A stretch of 64,000 nucleotides of DNA, from the IMG/VR virus record IMGVR_UViG_3300014839_001411, positions 5,713-69,712 of that record. One strand, written 5' to 3'. The notes beneath the pieces are model-generated. The model saw nothing but the letters and a program-made list of their open reading frames with translations. It ran no database searches and was not told where the DNA came from. Position 1 is the first letter of the stretch. Each line of letters starts with the position of its first letter. This DNA comes from a virus. The position numbers and the translations under genes are program-made. This document shows positions 18,380 to 27,032 of this stretch, one piece after another.

Positions 18380-18799
18380 TATGACGGGGCTACCGAAGCA
18401 GCCCCGTCGAGAGCAGAGTGTCGCGACCATAAAGGATTTGTCTCTGAGAGAAAGCGACTTTGAGAACTCTGCTTATTTTCGTATTTGGTGCTGAGAGAGC
18501 TACTCCCAGCACCCCGGCGAGTACTCACCGGCAACGTCCACGCACAGCATCGTTTAGGCTACAGGACTGGTTCAGAAAACAAGAATAAGTGGCTGCGCGC
18601 GTTCTGCTACAGGTCGTACAACAAACATCAGTTTCGATGTAATGTCCAGTGGATCCGCCTTCGCCCAACCCGATGTCAAAGCGAAGGCGGCAACCCATAC
18701 TCAAAAGGAGAAGAAAAGAAATCTGCTGCTCACCAGCAGAGAGATGAACAAAACCGATGTCCTGTTCATTTCTCTACAGTCGAGAGGCTCGCCGTTTAC
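18380..18799 (-). ncRNA. candidate multi-hairpin ncRNA or long leader
   Basis: At least six stems between a consensus promoter and a closing GC-rich hairpin; no convincing ORF. Confidence 0.5.
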
Positions 18800-18805
18800 A
18801 AACCA

Positions 18806-18834
18806 ACTGTAACGCATCTTTTCCAGAATGTCAA
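18806..18834 (-). promoter_or_regulatory. sigma70-type promoter
   Basis: TTGACA-17 bp-TACAGT. Confidence 0.65.
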
Positions 18835-18844
18835 GAGACGACAG

Positions 18845-19267
18845 TCATCTGGTGTTCCGTACCAGATATGCTTCCGGTATTTCCTGCTCAATGATTGCCG
18901 AGACTTCTTCCCAGTTGCCGCCGCCCAGCCCGCAGCCAATGCGGTATGGAATGTATACAGTGCGTCCTCCGGCATAATGACGTACCTTCTGAAAGCATTC
19001 TCTCAAGGCGTTGTAGTCAGTGAATTGCTTATCCCGCCCGAAGCCATCCTGGGAGTACATATCCAGGATGGATAAGTCGCCGTCGACAATGTGGATGCCA
19101 ATCTGTCCAAGCTTTGCCGGGCGTTCCTGGAATTCCTTGTACCATTCCGGGTATTTTCGGCGAATTTGAAGCGCCACGCCGGCCCCGGCAACTTTGCGAC
19201 AATTGACTTGGTGGCAGATGAGACCGCTATTCATCTTGACGATATCTGCGTTGACAAGATGGGTCAT
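18845..19267 (-). CDS. macrodomain protein (ADP-ribose processing)
   Basis: ICHQVNC, GAGVALQIRRKYP, PYRIGCGLGGGNW. Confidence 0.88.
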   Translation of the reverse strand: MTHLVNADIVKMNSGLICHQVNCRKVAGAGVALQIRRKYPEWYKEFQERPAKLGQIGIHIVDGDLSILDMYSQDGFGRDKQFTDYNALRECFQKVRHYAGGRTVYIPYRIGCGLGGGNWEEVSAIIEQEIPEAYLVRNTR

Positions 19268-19420
19268 AGTTTCACCACCAGATAAGCATGGAAAACGCCA
19301 AAGATAGTGGCACCCGCGATGACAAACTCGCTATCCACCTTGCTCAATAGCATAATGTTGAGCAGGGGAAATACCCCTGGATCGATCCTGAACCCGATTT
19401 GAACGAGTAGTATCCATAGA

Positions 19421-19747
19421 TCAAGATTTAGCATTAGGTCTCCAGTAGTGCCAGCGCGTGCCGGCTAGTGTTTTGAAATGCTTTTCCCAAATCGTAGTAT
19501 CCAATGGCGGACGCAATTTCGATCTTGGTTGCATCTCGCGAATGCGGTCAAATAGGTTTGCAGTGAATTCTCCTGAAACCATGAAACGCGGGTTCCTTTG
19601 CGGTATGGCGTTCCATACTCGAAATCTACCTGTCTCGTCCAGGATTTTGCATTTGATGACTTCGCCTACAACAGGAAACCTTTCCATTGGCTCGACAATG
19701 ACGGCCTCGAAAGATATGCCGATTTCAGTCATCGCTGGTTGCGCCAA
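19421..19747 (-). CDS. hypothetical protein
   Basis: Operon context. Confidence 0.45.
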   Translation of the reverse strand: MAQPAMTEIGISFEAVIVEPMERFPVVGEVIKCKILDETGRFRVWNAIPQRNPRFMVSGEFTANLFDRIREMQPRSKLRPPLDTTIWEKHFKTLAGTRWHYWRPNAKS

Positions 19748-20111
19748 ATGCGTCTCTCGCGAAGTCTGTAAGGTTCATGTCTTCAGTAATTTCGAGAGCC
19801 AGGTTGTAGTTCTGGCGCAGCATCGACATGATGACAGTTATGGATTGAGTTACATCATCTGGATCGTTTTGAGTAATGACGATCTGTCTTGCTTCGAGTG
19901 CAGGAGCATAACTGGCTAACGGAATTCCAATGGAGTGAAATATTCGCGGACAAACGGATGAGAGGGAACTTAATTGTGAGCAAAATGCGTCGCATTGACG
20001 GTAGGATGCTGATCGTGGATCGACTTGATACTCAAGTACAATCACAATTGTGAGTATCCTTCTTCCTAAATCTTCGCACAATGTTGCTTCTTTAATTTCC
20101 AATTTAAGCAT
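19725..20111 (-). CDS. hypothetical protein
   Basis: Start trimmed to MLKLEI. Confidence 0.45.
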   Translation of the reverse strand: MLKLEIKEATLCEDLGRRILTIVIVLEYQVDPRSASYRQCDAFCSQLSSLSSVCPRIFHSIGIPLASYAPALEARQIVITQNDPDDVTQSITVIMSMLRQNYNLALEITEDMNLTDFARDAFGATSDD

Positions 20112-20307
20112 GGTTGTATCATTTCCAAATGTAGCGCAATTGTTCCGTTCTGTCAATGGAGCGGTGTTATTGAATTCTGCGTATGAAGGCGCCGAGAGGC
20201 ATCTGGGTGGTGGGGATGATTTTGCCGTATGGAGCGCCCGTAGCAGCATCGGCTTGGTTCGTTAAATAAAAAGAATGCCGTCAGGCATCTCAAATTATCT
20301 TTGGTTC

Positions 20308-20347
20308 AAAAAAAAAGGAGTAAGTGCTTGCGCACCTACTCCTTTTG
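20308..20347 (-). terminator. intrinsic terminator
   Basis: AAAAGGAGTAGGTGC-GCAA-GCACTTACTCCTTTT plus long T run. Confidence 0.75.
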
Positions 20348-20349
20348 TC

Positions 20350-22032
20350 CTACAACGCAGCTACGAATTCCGCAGCCTGCGGAACATTCTCAAGAACGGT
20401 CTTGAGCCGGGTCTTGATGTCTTCGGTCAAAGCCAATTCGTGCTGCCTGGCCTTGATAGCGGCTATCCGCCAGTCGATGCGGCGCTCATTTTCAACCAGT
20501 ACCAAACCCATCTTGTTCCCCTGAATGGCTTTGATGTGCTCTTGAGGACGAGGTACGCTCAATGGGCAAACCCGCCAGAACGTGCGCATTGCCTGTTTGC
20601 GGTCGTGATGCGCTGTGTAGGATTTGCTATATTCCGTTGCTGCTTCAGGCGACATTGCAACGCGCCAGCCGGCCCACGCACTTTCGTCAGCTTCCTGGAA
20701 TGTAGCCCCATTTTCCAGTGCTTGCAGGTAGGCCATGTTCCATGACTGAGTTTGCATGGGGTTATCGTCGTAGATCGGCATCTTTTCTGTCAGCAGCTTG
20801 AGCGTCATTTCGTCAAACTGCTCGATGTCTCTTTCTGACGTCGGAAACACGCCGCTTGGGCTGGCATCGTTGATCACTTCGAGTAAATCATCCCACCAGG
20901 CTTCGAGATACTGGCGGAGACCAGGACGAAGATCGGACGCAATCAACCCGTAACCGTCCCCGGCAATCACATCATTTTCTGTGTCATCCACGGAACCGAC
21001 GATCACAAGAGGCAGAACCACGGCTGCTGCGGTGGTGATATCCAACGCTTCGATGCGGTCAATATCGTTCAGAAGATCGGCGTATTCGTCACTCACGGTG
21101 AGCAGGAGACGAAATTCCGTGTACCAATCCTGTTTCTTGGTGTTGGTCAGCCGCATACGGTCGAAAATCTCGCCGCGCCGCTTGTTGAACGCCTGAACGA
21201 GCTTCATGGCTCCGTAATACTCAGAGCGGTCAATCTTCAACTCTCTGTCCTGTAAGGTTGCAGGAACAAAGCCGCGGTCTTCTTCCGGCTCGTACTCATC
21301 TTCGCCGCCGATGAATTGGACATTAGCTTTCAGGAAGTCCTGAACATTCTTTTCGCTCCACCCTTCGTGTTCCTGGAGATACGCAGCTTGATGCTCCAGT
21401 TCGGTGTTGCGGGAAGGAATGAGAGGAGCTACGCCGTCAAAGCCGTCTCCATCGTTTCGGTCCGGAGTAAAGATGGCTTCCAGAAGAGCAAGCCAACCTT
21501 CGTCGGCGCTTGCAATCTCGTGCTGTTCAGGAATGTCTGCAATAAGCTGCTCGAAGGTCATTTCCTTCTTGCGGGTGTACGGATCGATATAATCCGGGTT
21601 TTCCAGATCGTTTGTGGATAAGGTTTGCTCAAGAAACAACTCACGGAGCGTATCCTTAGCCAGGAACGAATTCATGACATCCAAATTCATGGCTTTGCGT
21701 AAGGAAGCGGAGTATTTGCGGTACAAGTCAGCCGGCTTGGTCGCTTTTGTGTTGCCAGCCTTGCGCGCCGCCGCCGATGCACCCATCTCAAGGCTAGTGA
21801 CATTGACAAGCTGCATTACAGCTTTGTTCAAGATGCGCTTGGCTGCGGAAGCCCAAATAGTTTTGGTGATGCTCGGATCGGTCAACGTAAGAGCAATTAC
21901 ATCGAAGTAAGTCAAGGGATTTTCAGTCCCCTTGACGAAGGTTTGAGCTTGAGTGATGCACATCGGGATTTCACCAGTATGCACATCGTCCACCAAAGTA
22001 CCAGTTACAGCCATCGGGTTGGTTGATTTCAT
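20350..22032 (-). CDS. large hypothetical protein (560 aa)
   Basis: AAGGAG RBS, long ORF, no motif recognised. Confidence 0.75.
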   Translation of the reverse strand: MKSTNPMAVTGTLVDDVHTGEIPMCITQAQTFVKGTENPLTYFDVIALTLTDPSITKTIWASAAKRILNKAVMQLVNVTSLEMGASAAARKAGNTKATKPADLYRKYSASLRKAMNLDVMNSFLAKDTLRELFLEQTLSTNDLENPDYIDPYTRKKEMTFEQLIADIPEQHEIASADEGWLALLEAIFTPDRNDGDGFDGVAPLIPSRNTELEHQAAYLQEHEGWSEKNVQDFLKANVQFIGGEDEYEPEEDRGFVPATLQDRELKIDRSEYYGAMKLVQAFNKRRGEIFDRMRLTNTKKQDWYTEFRLLLTVSDEYADLLNDIDRIEALDITTAAAVVLPLVIVGSVDDTENDVIAGDGYGLIASDLRPGLRQYLEAWWDDLLEVINDASPSGVFPTSERDIEQFDEMTLKLLTEKMPIYDDNPMQTQSWNMAYLQALENGATFQEADESAWAGWRVAMSPEAATEYSKSYTAHHDRKQAMRTFWRVCPLSVPRPQEHIKAIQGNKMGLVLVENERRIDWRIAAIKARQHELALTEDIKTRLKTVLENVPQAAEFVAAL

Positions 22033-22050
22033 TGCGTCTCCTTGTCAAAC

Positions 22051-22083
22051 GAAAAACCCCCGTGAGGTCATCACGAGGGCTTT
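22051..22083 (-). terminator. intrinsic terminator after ssb
   Basis: GCCCTCGTGA-TGACC-TCACGGGGGTTTTT. Confidence 0.65.
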
Positions 22084-22102
22084 GTATTTGGATCTTCTTT
22101 TG

Positions 22103-22564
22103 TTAGATTGCGACTTCCGCCATTGGTTGCTCAACGGGGATGTCGTCAACTGCCGGCTGGCTATCGCCAACGTCGGGAGTGGCACGCTTGGTGCTCTTCT
22201 CGACCAGGACGATGTTCGCGGGACTGACCTGGATGGACGCCTTGCTGGTGCCATCATTGTCAGCGAACACGTGGGCTTCAACGTCTGAAGCGTGGAACGA
22301 AGCCTTGACGACATCGCCCACTTGGACGTTCTTGACTACATTGGAAGCGAAGTCCCAGCAGGTGAACTTGAACCAAGCCGTCTTGTGATCAAAGACCTGC
22401 TTGCCGTCCTGCATCACGTTCTCGCCGTTTTCTTTCTTCGGCCAAGAACGATCAATGGCGACGGAAATGTTGGTGTACGATTTTCCGGTTTGGGTCGTTC
22501 CGGTGTGAATGCTGCCAACGCGGCCAGTCAGAACCATATTGTTATCGGAATTGTGAAGGATCAT
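22103..22564 (-). CDS. ssb: single-stranded DNA-binding protein
   Basis: NNMVLTGRVG, ISVAIDRSW, TAWFKFTCW; acidic tail. Confidence 0.85.
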   Translation of the reverse strand: MILHNSDNNMVLTGRVGSIHTGTTQTGKSYTNISVAIDRSWPKKENGENVMQDGKQVFDHKTAWFKFTCWDFASNVVKNVQVGDVVKASFHASDVEAHVFADNDGTSKASIQVSPANIVLVEKSTKRATPDVGDSQPAVDDIPVEQPMAEVAI

Positions 22565-22833
22565 TTTGTACTCCTGATATTAGGATGCGAGCTTCTTAGG
22601 GCTCAATAACCTAAACGCCGTAAGGCATCTAGGTCAGTTTGTTTCCATATGGATTATTATTATTCCAATCCCTCTATCTGTCAATCGGCATATTTACCGG
22701 GTGATAACGGCTCGACCGGCAGATGTACTCTTGTTCCCTTGCGAGCCGGCGAATTGTCTCTTGGTGATGAGGTTCTCGCTAAATACGACAACCTTGCGGG
22801 ATGGAATGGGTCTGAGGATCATGTCAACTCCTT

Positions 22834-23301
22834 TTAGTGTCCAAGAATTTCTTTGATGTCTTTGTTGTCCACCCAGATAACGGCTACAACGGCTGCTTCG
22901 TTCAGCTTTTCGAGTTCGGCCTTGAGAACAGGAGCCAACGCAACCATATTGGCGTTTTTCTTGTTTGGCTTCATTGTTCCTTCAGCAAATCCGCACGCAA
23001 GCCGGCTGTCGGATACAACCGTGATAGGGCACGGCTGCGAACGACCGCGAAGCTCTCGAATATAACCAAAGACAGCCAGCATGGACTTGAGTTCGGCTTG
23101 GTTGTTGGTGTCATTGCCCCAGTTGAAAAAAGCTTGCGCGGTGGCATGATCGCCATCCAATCCCCCATAATGAAACTCACGCTTTACTCCGTCGACGAGT
23201 ACGCACATGGAACCATACGCTTTGCGTTCAGAAGCGATTTGGTTGTTGTGACAACCCCCATCAACTACGATTACAATGCCGGATTGAAGAGCTTTATTCA
23301 T
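22834..23301 (-). CDS. ribonuclease H-like protein
   Basis: VVDGGC, TNNQAEL, VVSDSRL. Confidence 0.8.
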   Translation of the reverse strand: MNKALQSGIVIVVDGGCHNNQIASERKAYGSMCVLVDGVKREFHYGGLDGDHATAQAFFNWGNDTNNQAELKSMLAVFGYIRELRGRSQPCPITVVSDSRLACGFAEGTMKPNKKNANMVALAPVLKAELEKLNEAAVVAVIWVDNKDIKEILGH

Positions 23302-23420
23302 GCAATTCTCCTTGAGCCTGCTTTAGGTTGAATGCGAGCCAGATTTTGTGAATTTCAAGCTTGCCTAGAGAGAGAAGCCGAGACGTGGATATGTCCTTTC
23401 TTCTCTCCCTTTCCGTAGAT

Positions 23421-23777
23421 TTAGAACGGATTATTTCCCCGAAACCCTTCGGAGTAGCAAATCCCGCTCTTTTCGTGCAGCCACTCGAACACTTTCCGCA
23501 GGTCGGCTTCGGTATACATCGTCATGGACAGAGTTTCCAACGTCGGAACCTTGCACGGGACGGTGTTCTCGGTCATGGCGATTGTCAAACTTCCTTGCGG
23601 CGTATACGCTATGTGCAGGACGCGCTTGTGCCTGTACTTCATACACGCATGTAGCGCGTTCAACAATATCTCTGCCACGTAATCACCGTACTCGCCTAGC
23701 GCACCGGCAAAGATAAATGCTTCTCCCTGCGTAGAGACGGGATCGGTATCAACAAACGGTTTCGAGAAGAAGTTCAT
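23421..23777 (-). CDS. hypothetical protein
   Basis: AGGAG RBS. Confidence 0.6.
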   Translation of the reverse strand: MNFFSKPFVDTDPVSTQGEAFIFAGALGEYGDYVAEILLNALHACMKYRHKRVLHIAYTPQGSLTIAMTENTVPCKVPTLETLSMTMYTEADLRKVFEWLHEKSGICYSEGFRGNNPF

Positions 23778-23852
23778 TGCAATACTCCTGGACTAGGATG
23801 CGAGCCTAAGCTCAACGAAACAAACGCCGGTAGGCATCTGTCTCGTTACAAA

Positions 23853-24176
23853 TCACATCGGACAACCAGCATCCAGCCACGCCTTGATTACATCCCCATG
23901 ACAGGCTTGCGGCTTACAGAAGCACACAAGCCGCTTATTCTCCAGTTGACGTACACGACGCAGATATTCAGGATCGCTATGGATGCGCTTCCAGAACGTA
24001 ACCTTGAACGCTGCTATACAATCAGCACGGTCGTGGTTCTTGTTGCAGATATTGCAATAGCCAATTTGGTGTGGATTGCCAAAGTACCCATCTTCCCCAT
24101 GCCCAGCACGCCCAATGTACACATCTGTTGCAGTGTCCCCCTGCATACGATCACGCATGTGAATGACTTTACACAT
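23853..24176 (-). CDS. DUF4326-family protein
   Basis: VYIGR...FGNP...LVCFCKPQACHGDVI. Confidence 0.85.
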   Translation of the reverse strand: MCKVIHMRDRMQGDTATDVYIGRAGHGEDGYFGNPHQIGYCNICNKNHDRADCIAAFKVTFWKRIHSDPEYLRRVRQLENKRLVCFCKPQACHGDVIKAWLDAGCPM

Positions 24177-24383
24177 ATCAATCTCCTTTACGGAAGTGTT
24201 AGTCCGGCAAACACTGCATGGATCAACGGACTGAATTCGATGAATATCGCAACTGCACCGACTGCGACAATCGTGAGCGTGAACAACGCTTTGAACATGG
24301 ATCATCTCCTGAGTGAGGTATGAGTATTGCTACTCAGCGAAACAAACGCCGTTAGGCATCTGTCTCGTACAGGAGATTGAGCG

Positions 24384-24752
24384 TTACCAGATTTCAGCAG
24401 GATCCACGATGCTCGGTATGGCATACACGCTATCTCTCTGAGTAGCCATCGCCAACGCTTCTTCAGTTCCAATGCCGAATGTTGCTAAAGCCTGCTCGAA
24501 AGCCTGCTTTTCGATGCGACTTACTTGAATGCAGCCGCCGCCAGCTTCGGATGCACAGTCTTCGCAGTAGCCATCCCACTGACGATGCCAACCATGCTCG
24601 ACGCAATAGCCTTCGACATAGCACTCATGACCAGATGAACGCGACAATTCTTCAGCCATGAACTCGGCTTCTTCAAACGATGTATCCAGATCAACTACGT
24701 GATACTCAGGAACCAGACTTTCTTTAGCTTCGGTAATGCGATATTCAGTCAT
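24384..24752 (-). CDS. hypothetical acidic protein
   Basis: GGAG RBS before MTEYRI. Confidence 0.55.
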   Translation of the reverse strand: MTEYRITEAKESLVPEYHVVDLDTSFEEAEFMAEELSRSSGHECYVEGYCVEHGWHRQWDGYCEDCASEAGGGCIQVSRIEKQAFEQALATFGIGTEEALAMATQRDSVYAIPSIVDPAEIW

Positions 24753-25092
24753 TGCAATTCTCCATCGGGTTGAGATACAGAGTTTTCTTATTCTCTGTTC
24801 AAAAAAACTAACGCCGGAGGCATCTAATTGTCTGTGTGAAAGATAACTACGGGTCGTGGCAACCGGGCACTTCGTCATTGCGGGCAAACTGCTCAGTAGG
24901 GCGGGGCGTGGGGCCAGAGCTGCTGAGGGCGAAGCTCCAGAGCCACGCTAATCGAACACGATGGGTGGGGGGTTCACTGCCGAACTGCGTAAAACAATAA
25001 ATAAAGCCCCTCACATGGCATCATCCAAAAAGTCGACCCAAAAATATCGGGAGGGTCAAAAAGTCAAGCCAGCGAAATGCTGGCTTGTTTGC

Positions 25093-25578
25093 TTAATATC
25101 GCTGTACCAGGTGGACTTTATTCCAGTCCTCTTGCCTGGAAGGAACAAATACACTGGGTACGGGAATACTCTGTCCTATTTCGCCCTTCTTGAACTGGAT
25201 CCGAAATCCATGCCAGAATTCGATGGCGCAGTTCATTTCGATTGCCACAAACCCGTGACGCTGCATTCCGTCGATGATGTCGTATAAATTGGCGTATGGT
25301 TGGGCCGCCATGGCCTCCAGAGGAACGCGCAGACACACTTCCGCATGATCGGTCACGTGCAGGAAGATTTGGTCTACAAGTGTTCCAGGAAGCGTATAGG
25401 GGTAATCCGCCACAATCTCCACTTTGTCGAAAGTGATGTACGGTAATTTCCATGGGGCCTCGAGAGCGGACTTTGGAGTGTGGGCCATAGGACGTCCTGC
25501 GTGGTCATTCTCCACCAGGTTGAATTCGATAGAACCGTGATTGAGCGCCTCAAGCGCATGAATACAGAGCGTGGTCAT
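25093..25578 (-). CDS. hypothetical protein
   Basis: AGGAG RBS; preceded by LexA-like box. Confidence 0.6.
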   Translation of the reverse strand: MTTLCIHALEALNHGSIEFNLVENDHAGRPMAHTPKSALEAPWKLPYITFDKVEIVADYPYTLPGTLVDQIFLHVTDHAEVCLRVPLEAMAAQPYANLYDIIDGMQRHGFVAIEMNCAIEFWHGFRIQFKKGEIGQSIPVPSVFVPSRQEDWNKVHLVQRY

Positions 25579-25615
25579 AGGTCTCCTAAGTTTCCGACAG
25601 CAGAAACATTGATTT

Positions 25616-25629
25616 AGAACACTTGTTCT
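25616..25629. promoter_or_regulatory. LexA (SOS) box
   Basis: AGAAC-ACTT-GTTCT, perfect GAAC-N4-GTTC. Confidence 0.65.
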
Positions 25630-25705
25630 ATTGTCTGGAGAGAGTGTGTTCCATGTGGTGCATTATAGCATATGGAACAGTTTATTTCCAATCGGATTAC
25701 GACCC

Positions 25706-25734
25706 TTGACAAGATGGAACAATAACGCTACAAT
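25706..25734 (+). promoter_or_regulatory. sigma70-type promoter at start of late arm
   Basis: TTGACA-17 bp-TACAAT. Confidence 0.75.
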
Positions 25735-25841
25735 CCGATTGCAAACGAAGCAGAGAGTTTAATCTAATTAAGTCTAAGTAAGGACTTATTACTTAATACT
25801 TAATTAGATTACATACTCACGCAAATCAAAAAGGAGTTTTT

Positions 25842-26252
25842 GTGAACACTCAAGTTTCATTGGCCCTCTCCACCCTTCTCCAGGCAGTCTTACCGCTGTT
25901 GCTCGCTACCATTGTCGGAATTGGATCGTTCTACCTGCACAAGTTGAACACTTATCTGAGTGGCAAGGCTGGCGCAGATAACTGGAACTTCCTCAAGTCA
26001 TTGACCGGCACGGTCGTGTCTGCCTTGGAGCAAAGTCCTGCTTACCAGTCCTGGGATGGCACCAAGAAAAAGGAAGCCGCTATGATGCAGATTATTCAAC
26101 TCGCCGCGAAATACGGCATCGTCATTACATCGGATGAAATCAGTAACCTGGTTGAGGAAGCTGTCCAGTTGATGAAAGTTGATCTCGGCGATCTCGCTCC
26201 GACCCTTCTGGCAAGTCCTATTGCCGCCACGCAATCCACTCTCAAGGCGTAA
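25842..26252 (+). CDS. holin, LL-H-like
   Basis: N-terminal TM helix; GTKKKEAA...ISNLVEEAVQLM. Confidence 0.75.
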   Translation: MNTQVSLALSTLLQAVLPLLLATIVGIGSFYLHKLNTYLSGKAGADNWNFLKSLTGTVVSALEQSPAYQSWDGTKKKEAAMMQIIQLAAKYGIVITSDEISNLVEEAVQLMKVDLGDLAPTLLASPIAATQSTLKA

Positions 26253-26758
26253 TGGATCTCAACGGCTCCTGGCCCGGCCTGGTAGCCACTGCAACGCAGA
26301 GATTGAGGAATAACAAAACTTCGCACCATGTCTCTGAGTACGGTACGGATATTGAACTGATCGGGGCTGCCGGGGAACTGGCAGCCCGTCGGTTTCTCAA
26401 CCTGGACGAATTCCTTCACACTCATTTCGACCATGGGGTGGACATCAGGATTGATAAGTACACCATCGATGTCAAGGCGACCGTCCTAACGAAATTTGTT
26501 CAATACCGGTTCTTGCAGTGGCCCTATTGGAAGCCCATACGCGCAAAGATCATTCTTCTTACCGCGGTGTCGATCAAAGACCATTCGGCTATCGTAATTG
26601 GGTACGCACTCAAACAAGAGATCTTGAAAGCGCACATCAATCTCATGAGAGATTATCCCTGTCACGAGATACCGGTCAAAGACCTGCATCCCGCAAGCGA
26701 GTTACTGACTTTACAACATGCCTCCCTGCCCAAAGCCAGCACGTATCGTACTGCATAA
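26252..26758 (+). CDS. PD-(D/E)xK-like nuclease-fold protein
   Basis: GELAA...DHGVD...TIDVKA. Confidence 0.5.
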   Translation: MDLNGSWPGLVATATQRLRNNKTSHHVSEYGTDIELIGAAGELAARRFLNLDEFLHTHFDHGVDIRIDKYTIDVKATVLTKFVQYRFLQWPYWKPIRAKIILLTAVSIKDHSAIVIGYALKQEILKAHINLMRDYPCHEIPVKDLHPASELLTLQHASLPKASTYRTA

Positions 26759-27032
26759 CATCACAGTCCTAGCACGGGCGCGTGACGGGTACTGTTTATA
26801 CGGTTTGTGGCACAAGGACGGTTGTTTGGGAGGTTTGGACGGCCATCACATCATACCGGTGGGAGTAGGAGGACCGGATGTGTTGGAGAACATAATCAGT
26901 CTGTGTCGGAAACACCACACATACGCTGAGGCAAGATTGATCGAGCCCGATGAATTCAGAAGGCTCCTGGGTGTTTATCACGGTTATTTGTATGACCAGA
27001 ACGGATATCCGATTTTGGAGGCCCACGAATGA
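26718..27032 (+). CDS. HNH endonuclease
   Basis: RDGYC, DGHHII, ENIISLCRKHH; upstream of TerL. Confidence 0.8.
   Translation: MPPCPKPARIVLHNITVLARARDGYCLYGLWHKDGCLGGLDGHHIIPVGVGGPDVLENIISLCRKHHTYAEARLIEPDEFRRLLGVYHGYLYDQNGYPILEAHE

Larger units (their letters stand above)
22607..24829 (-). repeat. repeated structured leader hairpin (AGATGCC-N3/4-GGCGTT core)
   Basis: Copies at 22607-22636, 23815-23846, 24337-24368, 24806-24829; cores also at about 20273 and 4802. Confidence 0.8.

Noticed and set aside
18515-18531. SlmA-like site (GTGAGTACTCAC-like)
   Set aside because: Single imperfect copy, better explained as an RNA hairpin
16440-18799. RNase P RNA, tmRNA or a self-splicing intron
   Set aside because: Could not find the GAGGAAAGUCC/P4 signature, tmRNA alanyl ends, or group I/II core motifs by eye
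22607-24829. Repeated hairpins as a CRISPR array
   Set aside because: Copies are 470-1200 bp apart and separated by whole genes; there is no cas operon, and the Cas4-like gene sits in the recombination module
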